Sequence record: JN673056
DNA length: 64,000 bases
From: Escherichia phage PhaxI
Strand: one strand, 5' to 3'
Shown: positions 36,195 through 45,718 of the stretch, one piece after another
Numbering within the stretch: position 1 is the first letter of the stretch
Layout: the number at the start of each line of letters is the position of its first letter
Notes under the pieces: generated by a model
What the model saw: the letters and a program-made list of their open reading frames with translations, nothing else
Databases searched by the model: none
What the model was told of the DNA's origin: nothing
Translations under genes and position numbers: made by a program

Positions 36195-37219
36195 ATAAAT
36201 TTCTGATCAACAGGGGAATGTAGTAATGCAGTACGAAGACCGTCATCAGCGATACGGCGTTTGTCAATTTTGGTATCATTGAGTCGACACCACAGGCAAT
36301 ATGACATATCCATCATCAATCCCGTGTCTGCTTGATATCCTTTCAGATGTTCTCTGATTTTACCAAAATCACTGCCGATGTCACAGTGATGTAACACGCC
36401 GAGGAATAGATTACAAATATCTTTTTGGGACTTCACTTTTTCTGAAGAGAATTCCAGCAAAGAATTATACATCCCAGAAGAAGTTTTGGTCTTCTTAGTG
36501 ATACCCCCGAGTTGTTTCCGACTAACTTCATTGTTGTAATAATGAAGATTGTTAGAAAACAGTTTGTAATACCCAACTTCGACATTCAGCACTTTCGCCA
36601 GAACTTCTTGCAGGATAGAGAATTCAATGAAATTGATTGAACTCATGCCCCACAAGACATCTTGGCTGCGGTTAATGACAGTGATATTCAATCGCCCTTC
36701 TGTTATACTGAACAATAGAGCAAGATTACAGATCATGTCCTTGGTCTTGGCTTCTCCAGTTTCACTATGGGTGGCCAAACCTTCATCTGAGTCCAGCGCC
36801 GGATCATAGATGGTGAGATACGCCTGACGGGTGTTGGGATTATTACGCAGACGGCTGATGACACTATCCAACTGGCCATTATTGTACAGACGTGGGCCAT
36901 ACGCGCCTCGCCAGGTTACACCGTCATCAGAGAAGTTGGCGGCGCGGGGTAAGACTTTCGAAAGGAAACGGATATCATTACGTCCGGACAACACCCAGAA
37001 TGTCTCACCGATGGCAGCAATTGCCGACGAGTTGCGGCCTTCAACGGAAAGCCAACGGTCACGTGGATCTGATACTGTAATTGTTACACCATCAATGAAA
37101 CGAGTGCCGTCAGTGTTAATCTCTGCGTTGCCAGGATCTGACTCAATGCCGTGTTCACGGATGGCCAACACAGCCTTCTTCAGCATATCATTATTGTTTA
37201 AAGCAAAAATTTCCATCAA
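36176..37219 (-). CDS. thymidylate synthase-superfamily pyrimidine hydroxymethylase (gp42-like), with C-terminal extension
   Basis: RQAYLTIYDP (like gp42 RRGIMIYTRP), catalytic-Cys motif DMICN (like gp42 DFMCTN, unlike TS PPCH) and NRSQDVLWG (like gp42 MRSNDVVFG); 347 aa versus 246 aa for T4 gp42. Confidence 0.6.
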   Translation of the reverse strand: MMEIFALNNNDMLKKAVLAIREHGIESDPGNAEINTDGTRFIDGVTITVSDPRDRWLSVEGRNSSAIAAIGETFWVLSGRNDIRFLSKVLPRAANFSDDGVTWRGAYGPRLYNNGQLDSVISRLRNNPNTRQAYLTIYDPALDSDEGLATHSETGEAKTKDMICNLALLFSITEGRLNITVINRSQDVLWGMSSINFIEFSILQEVLAKVLNVEVGYYKLFSNNLHYYNNEVSRKQLGGITKKTKTSSGMYNSLLEFSSEKVKSQKDICNLFLGVLHHCDIGSDFGKIREHLKGYQADTGLMMDMSYCLWCRLNDTKIDKRRIADDGLRTALLHSPVDQKFMWGYGE

Positions 37220-37890
37220 TCAATACTCCCAAAATCACGATTGAGAAACGCAAAAACAGCCTGCTCTATAGTCAGGCCATTGGACTTCATCATACCTGCG
37301 GGAACGGTAGGGAACAAGCCTTTATGCCGTTGGCGGTGGTCATGAACTCTCTCCCACTTCTCGACCACCAGGCTTTCATTGAAGTCTGCGCCGCCGTTGC
37401 GTGATTTCACACGGGAAACACAGGTTTCAAGCGGGGTGTCCATGAAGAGCACGACTAATTCGCGCGGTGGGCGCGTCAGGCGGGGAATCCATGAGCTGAG
37501 CAAAGTTGAAGGGATGATTCCTTCAAACAACACGTCATATTTCAGATATTCCGGCTGATCAGCAATGGACAAGGCGAACAACATCTGCTCGGTATCTTTC
37601 AGGGAATCAACACCTTTAGACTTAGACTTGTCATATTTACCAATACAGATAATGTTATAGGAAGGGCAAACTGTGAGCATGATCTTGCCATTGTAGGTCA
37701 CGACATACGCCTGAGGATCATTCTCCGCCAGATAGGAAGGGACAGTGGACTTGCCGCTACCGTTGGAGCCTTTAACGTAATACAACTCTCCTCGTGCCGG
37801 ATATTCCCCTTCGACAGCAGGTGGTTTTACAAACAGATGTACGGGGCGCTTCAACAACCCTTTGAGCGAATACGACATGGTGTGCTCCAA
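37216..37890 (-). CDS. P-loop kinase (polynucleotide-kinase-like Walker A)
   Basis: Walker A VKGSNGSGKSTV resembles the T4 Pnk kinase domain (GCPGSGKST); no phosphatase domain. Confidence 0.5.
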   Translation of the reverse strand: MEHTMSYSLKGLLKRPVHLFVKPPAVEGEYPARGELYYVKGSNGSGKSTVPSYLAENDPQAYVVTYNGKIMLTVCPSYNIICIGKYDKSKSKGVDSLKDTEQMLFALSIADQPEYLKYDVLFEGIIPSTLLSSWIPRLTRPPRELVVLFMDTPLETCVSRVKSRNGGADFNESLVVEKWERVHDHRQRHKGLFPTVPAGMMKSNGLTIEQAVFAFLNRDFGSID

Positions 37891-37950
37891 TAAACAAAAG
37901 GAGCTGCTATTATAGCAGCCCCTTCATCTATTGAATGCTTCTGAGTTAAA

Positions 37951-38910
37951 TTACGCAGCAGCTTTCGCTTCGGCCAACGCCTGAGGTAGCCATTCGTTGA
38001 TAGCCTTTACCAGAGATTCAGCGTCAGTTTCTTTGATTTTCTGACGCTTGGTGAATGACTTACCATTCACATACAGACTGAAACCCCAGCCGCCGGAAAC
38101 GATAGGCGCCAGATCAACATAGGTGTTAGTGCGGGCATGCGGATTGGCTTCGTCTGCCAATTCAGTGACAGGGAACTGGAACCAGCGCATATCAGGGTTC
38201 ACATAACTCAAATATACTTCAGGAGTAACCCCTGCTTCAACCGCCGCCAGGATTGGACCATAGTTAGAAGCACGAGCCGCTTCAACCATTTCTTCACGCT
38301 TGTTATGACGACGCTTGCGTTCTTCGGTAGAAGATGCAGGGCGCATTTCAGAAGATTTCTTGGCCAGAACCGCCTTCGCGTTCGCTAAAGCCTGATCATC
38401 CTTCGGATTTTCAACGTCGGCGATTGCTTCAGCAACGGTTGTGCCCAGCATGCGACGGCGAACTTCTTCAGCACGGGCTTGCGCTTCTTCGTCAAGAACT
38501 TCTTCGCCTTCAACTACCAGGGAAATGGAACCGTCTTTGTTGACTTCAAGAGAACCGTCTTCGACGGTCTGGGAATTTTGATCACCGACAGGTTGCCCAA
38601 CCGTTTCTTCGGCGTCAATCACCGGATTTGATTCACCGTCGCCCTGTTTAACCCCCGCATCTTCGGTCGGTTTAACTTTTTCGGCTTCAGCGCGGTCAAG
38701 AGCTTCGAGAGTTTCTTCTTTCTCTTCCTGGCTCAGACCTTCAATGAGTTCAAAGCCGTTGGCTGACTGGAGGACGCCTTCCATCATACGGCGTAATGTT
38801 ACATTGCCAATGATAAGGTCTGCACCTTTGATTTCTGCTTGAAGATCAGCAGCGGTTTTACCATCAATTTCAAATTTCAGGCCGGACTCGATATGAAGAA
38901 TATAGGACAT
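37951..38910 (-). CDS. hypothetical acidic protein
   Basis: 319-aa ORF with long Glu/Asp-rich linkers. Confidence 0.45.
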   Translation of the reverse strand: MSYILHIESGLKFEIDGKTAADLQAEIKGADLIIGNVTLRRMMEGVLQSANGFELIEGLSQEEKEETLEALDRAEAEKVKPTEDAGVKQGDGESNPVIDAEETVGQPVGDQNSQTVEDGSLEVNKDGSISLVVEGEEVLDEEAQARAEEVRRRMLGTTVAEAIADVENPKDDQALANAKAVLAKKSSEMRPASSTEERKRRHNKREEMVEAARASNYGPILAAVEAGVTPEVYLSYVNPDMRWFQFPVTELADEANPHARTNTYVDLAPIVSGGWGFSLYVNGKSFTKRQKIKETDAESLVKAINEWLPQALAEAKAAA

Positions 38911-39083
38911 AATAAAAACCCTTTTGTGTAGTAACCTTCTTTGGCAGTCTAATGTTCAACTGTGCGTCTGGAACATTAATATACTGCCTTTTTAGAAGAT
39001 GTAAACCACTTTTTATTGAAAAGTTGGTTAACACTTCTGTGTTAGACAACGGAACGCTGTATCAGCGCGGACTGGCGTGAATA

Positions 39084-39371
39084 TTAACTTTGTATATCAA
39101 TATTGAAAACTGTTTCAGGTGGCCACATGGCAGACAACTCGATCTGTGTGAACTTTGGTTGAACATACTGATCTAACACTTCATCCCAGAGAGCATGTTC
39201 TATGTTAGCAATCAACAATTCGTCGTCCACTATTTCGACGGAATGAACCACTATCCGGTGGTCATAAGTCAAAGCATCGCTCACATGATCATTTTCTGCT
39301 CTCAGGTGCTGCATTATGAAATATTCGATTACAGATTCCAGTACCGTGTTCAGGCGAACATATTTCTTCAT
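39084..39371 (-). CDS. hypothetical protein
   Basis: 95-aa ORF. Confidence 0.4.
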   Translation of the reverse strand: MKKYVRLNTVLESVIEYFIMQHLRAENDHVSDALTYDHRIVVHSVEIVDDELLIANIEHALWDEVLDQYVQPKFTQIELSAMWPPETVFNIDIQS

Positions 39372-39388
39372 ACAGCCCCCTGCTTGTG

Positions 39389-40135
39389 CTACAGATAGAA
39401 ATTAGGAATTTCGCCGGATTCACAACCAAACCCGTTAAAATTCTGCTCAACATGTAAGCGAATTTTGTTCACCACTACCTGACGATGCTCTTCTTCCATA
39501 CAACGTTCAATCAAAGAATACGCTGTATATGACAGACTGTTGAACAATCTGGAAATAACAAGGCAATTCTCTTCATTGTAAACGACTTCAGTATGGATTG
39601 CGAAAGCGTGGTCTTCGTCGGTAAGAATTTTACAGCCTTTGACCACAAATGGTTTTTCAAAGAAATCACGAGCTGAATCAGTGCCAGATTCTGGCATTAA
39701 ACGGAAATCGCCTTCTTCGCCGAAAACCGCTTTCAGATTTTCTTTACTGAATTCCGCTTCCATCTGTATACGTTTGTCGGCAAGATATTTCGCCGCAAAG
39801 TAGAATTTACCCACTGCATCATTAGCAGCGCGGCGGTTCGTAGCGGCCTGGGTATAACCAGAAACGAAGTCTTCAATGAATTCCAATGCTTCTGGTTTGC
39901 CAAAACGAATTTCGTCGCCCAGATCCAAGCTGGCTTCGGAATCAAGTTCAATACCCATAACCTTAAGAAGATCCGTTTCATTCAGCCTGTGCTGATTAAA
40001 CAATTGTTCCTTGGAATATCCCAACTGGCTACCGAGTTCATATCCGGTTTTACCACCCGAATCTTTATGGGTGCGATCATAGCGAACGCAATTAGAACTG
40101 AATTCAATACCAAAAATACGATGTAGCTGTGACAT
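39389..40135 (-). CDS. hypothetical protein
   Basis: 248-aa ORF; no motif recognised. Confidence 0.45.
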   Translation of the reverse strand: MSQLHRIFGIEFSSNCVRYDRTHKDSGGKTGYELGSQLGYSKEQLFNQHRLNETDLLKVMGIELDSEASLDLGDEIRFGKPEALEFIEDFVSGYTQAATNRRAANDAVGKFYFAAKYLADKRIQMEAEFSKENLKAVFGEEGDFRLMPESGTDSARDFFEKPFVVKGCKILTDEDHAFAIHTEVVYNEENCLVISRLFNSLSYTAYSLIERCMEEEHRQVVVNKIRLHVEQNFNGFGCESGEIPNFYL

Positions 40136-40196
40136 ATCATAACCTCATGTTTATAGAAAGCCGTTCGCGAATTATCACGTAGAACGGCTTTTAGAA

Positions 40197-40901
40197 CTAA
40201 CCATTTTTGTGTTTACGACGTGCGTCCTTCCAAACAGACATCTGACTCTGTTTCTGGAATCGAGCAGTACGCATAAACAAAACGACCTCCCAATATTGCG
40301 GTTCAATTTCATAAAGTTGTGAACGAAATTGATCTGCGCGGTATAATTTGACACAATGATTGTACAAAGGGTGATTCGCAAACCGCTTTAGCGCATCCCA
40401 GGTAAGTCTCAAACGTGTTTTAGAACGATACGCCCGTTCATTTCTCAATTTAATGAGATCTTCAAATACCAACAATCTGAGTTTAGGCGGTAAATAATGG
40501 AGGTTTAGGCCATAAAGATAGGTTACACCACGTTCACCGAATTTCACCCCATCCCCCTTCACAAAATTGAAGAAGAACACCAGAGGATACATATCCCAAT
40601 ACGGGAGTTCATCTTTAGTCAGCGCATCATATTTGAAATAATACATGCGACCAACAATATAACGCACACCCTGAACAGGACGTTTATTTTCAGCGAATGC
40701 TTTCATCATGTGATTCGGAGATAAGTTAGCATCTTTCGACACGCGCTCCATAAACCACACATGAGAACGACGGATATTACGCTTCGCTTCCGGCCCAAAA
40801 TGTTGACGATATTTGCGGATGTAACGCTTGACCAGTTCTGGGGCGTCCATCTCGGCGGGAAGCAACAACGGGTCTTCTTCACCCATAGCGTTCTTAGCCA
40901 T
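40197..40901 (-). CDS. hypothetical basic protein
   Basis: 234-aa ORF; RBS AAGGAG upstream of ATG. Confidence 0.45.
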   Translation of the reverse strand: MAKNAMGEEDPLLLPAEMDAPELVKRYIRKYRQHFGPEAKRNIRRSHVWFMERVSKDANLSPNHMMKAFAENKRPVQGVRYIVGRMYYFKYDALTKDELPYWDMYPLVFFFNFVKGDGVKFGERGVTYLYGLNLHYLPPKLRLLVFEDLIKLRNERAYRSKTRLRLTWDALKRFANHPLYNHCVKLYRADQFRSQLYEIEPQYWEVVLFMRTARFQKQSQMSVWKDARRKHKNG

Positions 40902-40913
40902 TTGTCAACTCCT

Positions 40914-40921
40914 TATAAATA
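40914..40921 (+). promoter_or_regulatory. T4-type late promoter (TATAAATA)
   Basis: Exact TATAAATA in the 54-bp divergent intergenic region, about 35 nt upstream of the GTG start at 40956. Confidence 0.55.
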
Positions 40922-40955
40922 TCAACAGATATATTATTTAAATGGAGTCCTCATC

Positions 40956-41900
40956 GTGGAAGACTATCGCAATTTTCTAACGCAACTGCTTCAACGGGGT
41001 ATTTCCCGCAAGAACAGATTTCGTGTTACAATTCCGTTGCCGCCTGGGATATTTGATTCCAATGCAACACTAGCAAATGATGGGAACGCGTATCCTTCAT
41101 CTTCATCATTTGGGGATCTGTTCAAACAAAGCGCCCGTATTGTAAACGCATTCTTTGGAGGGACAAACCAAACATCTCGTTCCCTGCAAATGATGTGTAT
41201 GGTCGCATCTTTACCTGGTACAGGGATTGACACTACTCCCATGACCAACAACGGCAACCACATTAAAATGCCGAACAACAAGACGAACATTGATCTGGAG
41301 TTGTCGTTCCTCCTCGCCAACGATTATTATGAAAAGTCGGTCATGGACAAATGGAAGAATCTGATATTCGACCCATACACAACCAAGATGGGTTATTATG
41401 AAGATTTCGTGACCGATATTTGTATAGAACAAATGGATACAGAAGATCAGGTTGTTCATCGCGTTTATGTGACTGAGGCTCACCCCATCAACTTCAGTTC
41501 TATAGACCTGGATAAAAGCGCCGCCGATCAATTTAATCAGTACAACATTTCCTTTTCTTATAACAAAGTATTATCGGAGACTGAATATGAAACGCGCAGC
41601 CTCGCCAGCGATTTTCTTCCTTTGGGTATTACTGATGCTCTTGCTTCCGGAGACTGGGAAACCGCTGCGTCAAAAGCCGGACAGCTGTATAAAAAGATCA
41701 AAGAAGGAAACTTCACAGGTGAAGCCCTGCTGGCTTATAAGCAACTCGATCAGCTTGTAAACAATCTGGCTGGTATCAGCTTGGCTGATTTCGAAAGGAT
41801 CTCTATCGGCATCCAGAGGGATATATTAGGCAATGATAACCTGACGGCGTCTGAGAAGAGTAGTCTGTTGGGATTGTTACAGGATGTTGTCAAAAACTAA
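40956..41900 (+). CDS. late-expressed protein, probably structural
   Basis: Track ORF 40761..41900 overlaps the divergent gene; in-frame GTG at 40956 preceded by GGAG (9-nt spacing) and a TATAAATA late promoter. Confidence 0.45.
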   Translation: MEDYRNFLTQLLQRGISRKNRFRVTIPLPPGIFDSNATLANDGNAYPSSSSFGDLFKQSARIVNAFFGGTNQTSRSLQMMCMVASLPGTGIDTTPMTNNGNHIKMPNNKTNIDLELSFLLANDYYEKSVMDKWKNLIFDPYTTKMGYYEDFVTDICIEQMDTEDQVVHRVYVTEAHPINFSSIDLDKSAADQFNQYNISFSYNKVLSETEYETRSLASDFLPLGITDALASGDWETAASKAGQLYKKIKEGNFTGEALLAYKQLDQLVNNLAGISLADFERISIGIQRDILGNDNLTASEKSSLLGLLQDVVKN

Positions 41901-41902
41901 AA

Positions 41903-41920
41903 AGCCCCCGAAGGGGCTTT
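41903..41920. terminator. bidirectional terminator hairpin between convergent genes
   Basis: AGCCCC-CGAA-GGGGCT flanked by A/T runs, between the 41900 stop (+) and the gp32 stop (-). Confidence 0.55.
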
Positions 41921-41927
41921 AGTGAAA

Positions 41928-42959
41928 TTAGTCTTGCTTCAGGAACTGCTCGAACTCATCAATGGAAGCCGTCTGTTTCGCATCGGCACCACCATTATTG
42001 GCTGGAACAGATTGCTGTGCATTAGAAGGCTGAGATTGTTGTTGGTTCAGACTTTCCTGCGCTGTTGGGCGCTGGGGTTCCTGAGACTGGGTAGGCGCAT
42101 GTGCCATAGTAGAAGCACCACCTTCAACCAGAGGCTGATTATCAGGGATGGCCAGAACTTTGCGCAAACGTTTTTCCAGATCTTCATACGATTTGAAGTT
42201 GGCCGGATTAAAGAACTCAAACAAGCTGTGCTCTTTTTCCCAGATCTCTTCAATGTATTCGTCGGTTCCCAGCGGTGCTGGATTATCCCACTTCACGTTG
42301 GTGAAGTTGGCAACCAGGCCTTTCCAGTTTCCGAACTCTTTCTCTTCGCCGTACAGATTCAGAATCAGATTCGCGCCTTCCCACATATCGAACGGGTCGA
42401 ATTTCGGGTCGGTTGAGAACTTAGGATTCTGAGCCGAATCCAGGATTTTCTTGACGGCATTACCGAACTCAAGCAAGAAGACCTTGCCGTTGTTTTCCGG
42501 ATTGTTGCCATCTTTGATCACCAGGATGTTGGCGTAGTATTTGGTGTCCGGCAGACGTTTTTTGAGAACTGTTTTCAGCTTTTCATCATTCGTTTCTTTC
42601 TGTTGTGCCCACAGAGGACGGTCATGGTCACGAACAGGATCATCGTTACCGAAAGTCTGCGGAGAGTTTTCGATATACCAACCACCAGCGCCCTGGAATG
42701 CGTGTTTCATGATCATGGCACACGGAGTTAACACAGCATCTTCAGGGATGGTGCCTTCTTCTTTAGCCTTCATGTCCACCAAAGGGATCGACAGGAAACG
42801 AATGATGTTTTCAGAAGTACCCTTGTCATTCCAGGTCCACTTCCAGATGCGTGGGTCACGACCGCCACCAACACGCTGGCCTTGCTGAGCGAGTCGCTGT
42901 TGCATAGCTTCGGCTTGTTGGCCACGAGATTGTTTAAGACGATCAAATAAATTACCCAT
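41928..42959 (-). CDS. 32: single-stranded DNA-binding protein gp32
   Basis: Segment YANILVIKDGNNPENNGKVFLLEFG closely resembles T4 gp32 (ANILVVKDPAAPENEGKVF); acidic C-terminal tail; about 343 aa. Confidence 0.85.
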   Translation of the reverse strand: MGNLFDRLKQSRGQQAEAMQQRLAQQGQRVGGGRDPRIWKWTWNDKGTSENIIRFLSIPLVDMKAKEEGTIPEDAVLTPCAMIMKHAFQGAGGWYIENSPQTFGNDDPVRDHDRPLWAQQKETNDEKLKTVLKKRLPDTKYYANILVIKDGNNPENNGKVFLLEFGNAVKKILDSAQNPKFSTDPKFDPFDMWEGANLILNLYGEEKEFGNWKGLVANFTNVKWDNPAPLGTDEYIEEIWEKEHSLFEFFNPANFKSYEDLEKRLRKVLAIPDNQPLVEGGASTMAHAPTQSQEPQRPTAQESLNQQQSQPSNAQQSVPANNGGADAKQTASIDEFEQFLKQD

Positions 42960-43055
42960 TTTAATATTCCTCTATAATCCGCCCCTTCGGGCTATTCTGT
43001 AAATGTATTTGTCAATTATTCCGACGGTGTAATTATACTGCGTTTTGCTATTGAG

Positions 43056-43295
43056 TTAACCCGCAATCATTTGTTTTGCTGGGTCTATTTCAATAATGTC
43101 GTACACATCCGAGAAGGTTTTGTGTCCTTCCAAGAATGTATGGTATTCGATGACATAGGATTTACCTTCCGGCGTCGTGTAACGTACACGATCCATATCA
43201 TCAGCATGTTCATTGAGGCTACCGTGACGCCAGCGGATAGAACCTGGCAGATACTCTTGCGCCTTCAACATTTTATAGATTTGCTCTTTGCTCAT
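43056..43295 (-). CDS. hypothetical protein
   Basis: 79-aa ORF upstream of gene 32. Confidence 0.4.
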   Translation of the reverse strand: MSKEQIYKMLKAQEYLPGSIRWRHGSLNEHADDMDRVRYTTPEGKSYVIEYHTFLEGHKTFSDVYDIIEIDPAKQMIAG

Positions 43296-43304
43296 GTTAC
43301 AACC

Positions 43305-43547
43305 TTAAATGAGTTTTTTAGATTTCAATTCACCCTTCAACAACCGAGCATCAGAACATTCAGCTGTTAGCCTTGACAGAAGAGGAGGCGTGATCAATTT
43401 TTTGACCTTTGCTTCTTCGATGTCATACTCTTCACAAACACTGGCCATCGTTTCAAGGATTGATTCCTTGCGTTGGCTTGCTCTCATCAACACCAATTCG
43501 GAAAAAGAATCTGGTGTGAGCACTTGTGCTATTTGTTGATCAGACAT
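43305..43547 (-). CDS. hypothetical protein
   Basis: Start trimmed to ATG 43547 (MSDQQIAQ...), 8-nt overlap with upstream stop. Confidence 0.4.
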   Translation of the reverse strand: MSDQQIAQVLTPDSFSELVLMRASQRKESILETMASVCEEYDIEEAKVKKLITPPLLSRLTAECSDARLLKGELKSKKLI

Positions 43548-43785
43548 CGATTGTATTCCCCTTCCCTGATTGCTTCTTAATATGACGCAAAACGTCTTTG
43601 AAGCCATCAGGCGCGGACTGAGGACCACGAACACCAGATACGATCTTTGGTGCTCCGATAATCATTTTTATTTCGCCGCCACATTCAGAACATGGCTCTA
43701 ATTCAGGCGTGTGACGTTCAGCACAAGATTTTCGAGCACTAAACGAATTTCCACAACCTGTACAGGCATAATCATAAAACGGCAT
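43540..43785 (-). CDS. FmdB-family zinc-ribbon protein
   Basis: Start ATG 43785 after GGAGG; MPFYDYACTGCGNSF...CSECGG matches the FmdB pattern (Y.Y.C..CG..F...C..CG). Confidence 0.5.
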   Translation of the reverse strand: MPFYDYACTGCGNSFSARKSCAERHTPELEPCSECGGEIKMIIGAPKIVSGVRGPQSAPDGFKDVLRHIKKQSGKGNTIDV

Positions 43786-44068
43786 GAATCGCCTCCAATA
43801 CGTGTCGTAGAAATATAATAACTGCTCCCACCAGCGTAGAAAACAGGACAATCCTGCTTGCTTTATCACGCAGCAAAACATATTCGGCCAACATATCAGA
43901 TTGATTTGCAGCTCTTACATTGACGTCACTATGTGGTGAAACCGCATAGAAAGATACCATGGCACTTAATGAATGAAGGAATGTCAAGAATCCCTTAATC
44001 CAAACAAACGCCGTCATCAACAGCAAGGCGAAAAGCAGTATATCTGCCAGCAGCCAGTAGTTAATCAT
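43772..44068 (-). CDS. hypothetical membrane protein
   Basis: 98-aa ORF with two hydrophobic helices. Confidence 0.35.
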   Translation of the reverse strand: MINYWLLADILLFALLLMTAFVWIKGFLTFLHSLSAMVSFYAVSPHSDVNVRAANQSDMLAEYVLLRDKASRIVLFSTLVGAVIIFLRHVLEAIHAVL

Positions 44069-44672
44069 TTCTTACACCTCTATTGAAATCAGGATAATTT
44101 TCTATGAAGTAAGGACCAGAAACCATATTTGCAAACGAATCCACGAGGTCATCGATTGGCTTTGGATCCTTCACATCCAACATGTCCATTATACCGCGCA
44201 TCTTAACGTTGAACAGCTTCTCAAAGTGATCTATCATGACCAATTTGTCGGCATTTCCTTTACCACAAAAATGTTTCTTAACAAAAGACGGGGTAACAAT
44301 CTGAAATTCCATATTGTTACGGCGCATCGCTTGTTTCAATAGAGATGTGTTCTCGGCGGTTTGGCATATGTTGTTGGAGTTTTTTGAATTCCCCATAGCA
44401 TAGCCTTCTAGGGTGATGAAATCCGGCTTCTCTGTAAGAAGTACGGCTTCAGCCCATTTGGAAATGTTATAAAACCGTTCTTCGGGGGATTCATATTTGG
44501 GTTGACGTAAAATAAGAATATTGTGTCGCACTTGACGACAGTGCTTCTCAACGGTATGATGTGCATAGAAATGAAGATGATCAAAATCCAGAGGATCTTT
44601 GTCGTCCCAGAAGCACATGGCTGGACAGCCGTAAGAATAGTCGATTCCGCAAAATTTCATAAAAATACCCAT
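44061..44672 (-). CDS. hypothetical protein, possible RuvC/RNase H-fold nuclease
   Basis: N-terminal FCGIDYSYG resembles the first catalytic Asp strand of RuvC-like resolvases; weak. Confidence 0.3.
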   Translation of the reverse strand: MGIFMKFCGIDYSYGCPAMCFWDDKDPLDFDHLHFYAHHTVEKHCRQVRHNILILRQPKYESPEERFYNISKWAEAVLLTEKPDFITLEGYAMGNSKNSNNICQTAENTSLLKQAMRRNNMEFQIVTPSFVKKHFCGKGNADKLVMIDHFEKLFNVKMRGIMDMLDVKDPKPIDDLVDSFANMVSGPYFIENYPDFNRGVRND

Positions 44673-44709
44673 AACGAAGTTTCATTGTGTTATGGGTATT
44701 TAGACCGGA

Positions 44710-45195
44710 TTATCTGGTGACGATTTTGCTTTCCGGTAAAATCAGGCGAGGTTTGGAGTCCATTTCTTCTTGCATCTGACGTATCTGTTGCAGTAATGCA
44801 GAAGTGTCCACATGACGTTTGATCCCCCGCGCTTCATCACCATATGACACATGGCCGTTGGCGTCCACATAATGCGCGGTGCAAACCATCAAAACATAAC
44901 CCAACTCACCAACGGCAACCGTTAAATCAACCACTTCGGAAGCCAAAGATTCTCCGTCAACACTGAGATTGGGCGAATAATGGATTTTACCATCAGCCAT
45001 AAATTCGCTATTCAGCATAATCATGCCAGCGATCGTTTGTACAACGGGGTTCCCCTGATCATCAGCAACGAAACCGTCGAATGCGCCTTCAAACCCTGGC
45101 GCAATTTCTCCCTTTTCATTTGTGATCACAGCGCGAAGGCGTTGAAGGATGACGTCTTGTACCTGCTGAATATCAGCGCGTTCTACGTTTGGCAT
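44710..45195 (-). CDS. hypothetical protein
   Basis: Start trimmed to ATG 45195 (MPNVERADIQ...) with GGAGAA upstream. Confidence 0.4.
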   Translation of the reverse strand: MPNVERADIQQVQDVILQRLRAVITNEKGEIAPGFEGAFDGFVADDQGNPVVQTIAGMIMLNSEFMADGKIHYSPNLSVDGESLASEVVDLTVAVGELGYVLMVCTAHYVDANGHVSYGDEARGIKRHVDTSALLQQIRQMQEEMDSKPRLILPESKIVTR

Positions 45196-45697
45196 TATTG
45201 TTCTCCAGTTCATAATCCCGTTCTTTAACATATTCATAAAGACGAGAAGTAATTCGGTCGGCATTGCCTGTGGTATTCTTCACAACCCAACCGCTCGTAA
45301 GGACATCCATTTTATATCCACAATCATTATCTTGAAAATAACTTTTAATTGTTTCAAGGCGACGACGTTTATGAAAATACGGTATTAATTCGCCAATGAT
45401 GACACAATCGGGATAATGCTTATCCAGAGTGTTTATGTCTCGTTGAACCCAAACTGGAATAACATCTTCCTCGTCAATTGGGCTGTACGTTGGATCAACG
45501 ATAATCACATTGAATCCATAATTCAATAAATCTTTAACTCCCAGCCACCCGAATTTCATATCGGACACGGTCATGGCGACATTCTTTATCCCCAATTTAT
45601 TTGCAAAATCTGTGAGTAATACAAAAAAGTCCGTGTTTGCATCCGGATAATTAATTGCGAGTTGCTCCCCCACTTTACTGAAACAGAACGCGTGCAT
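45173..45697 (-). CDS. hypothetical protein
   Basis: 174-aa ORF; contains IIVDPTYSP (DPPY-like) but no recognisable SAM-binding motif. Confidence 0.4.
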   Translation of the reverse strand: MHAFCFSKVGEQLAINYPDANTDFFVLLTDFANKLGIKNVAMTVSDMKFGWLGVKDLLNYGFNVIIVDPTYSPIDEEDVIPVWVQRDINTLDKHYPDCVIIGELIPYFHKRRRLETIKSYFQDNDCGYKMDVLTSGWVVKNTTGNADRITSRLYEYVKERDYELENNNAKRRTR

Positions 45698-45710
45698 TTT
45701 CAGTCCTCGT

Positions 45711-45718
45711 TATAAATA
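45711..45718 (+). promoter_or_regulatory. T4-type late promoter (TATAAATA)
   Basis: Exact TATAAATA 29 nt upstream of the ATG at 45747. Confidence 0.55.

Noticed and set aside
36176-37219. Calling the 347-aa TS-family ORF a thymidylate synthase
   Set aside because: Lacks the PPCH catalytic motif and instead shows gp42-like DxMCxN and RSxD motifs, so a hydroxymethylase assignment fits better; substrate remains undecided
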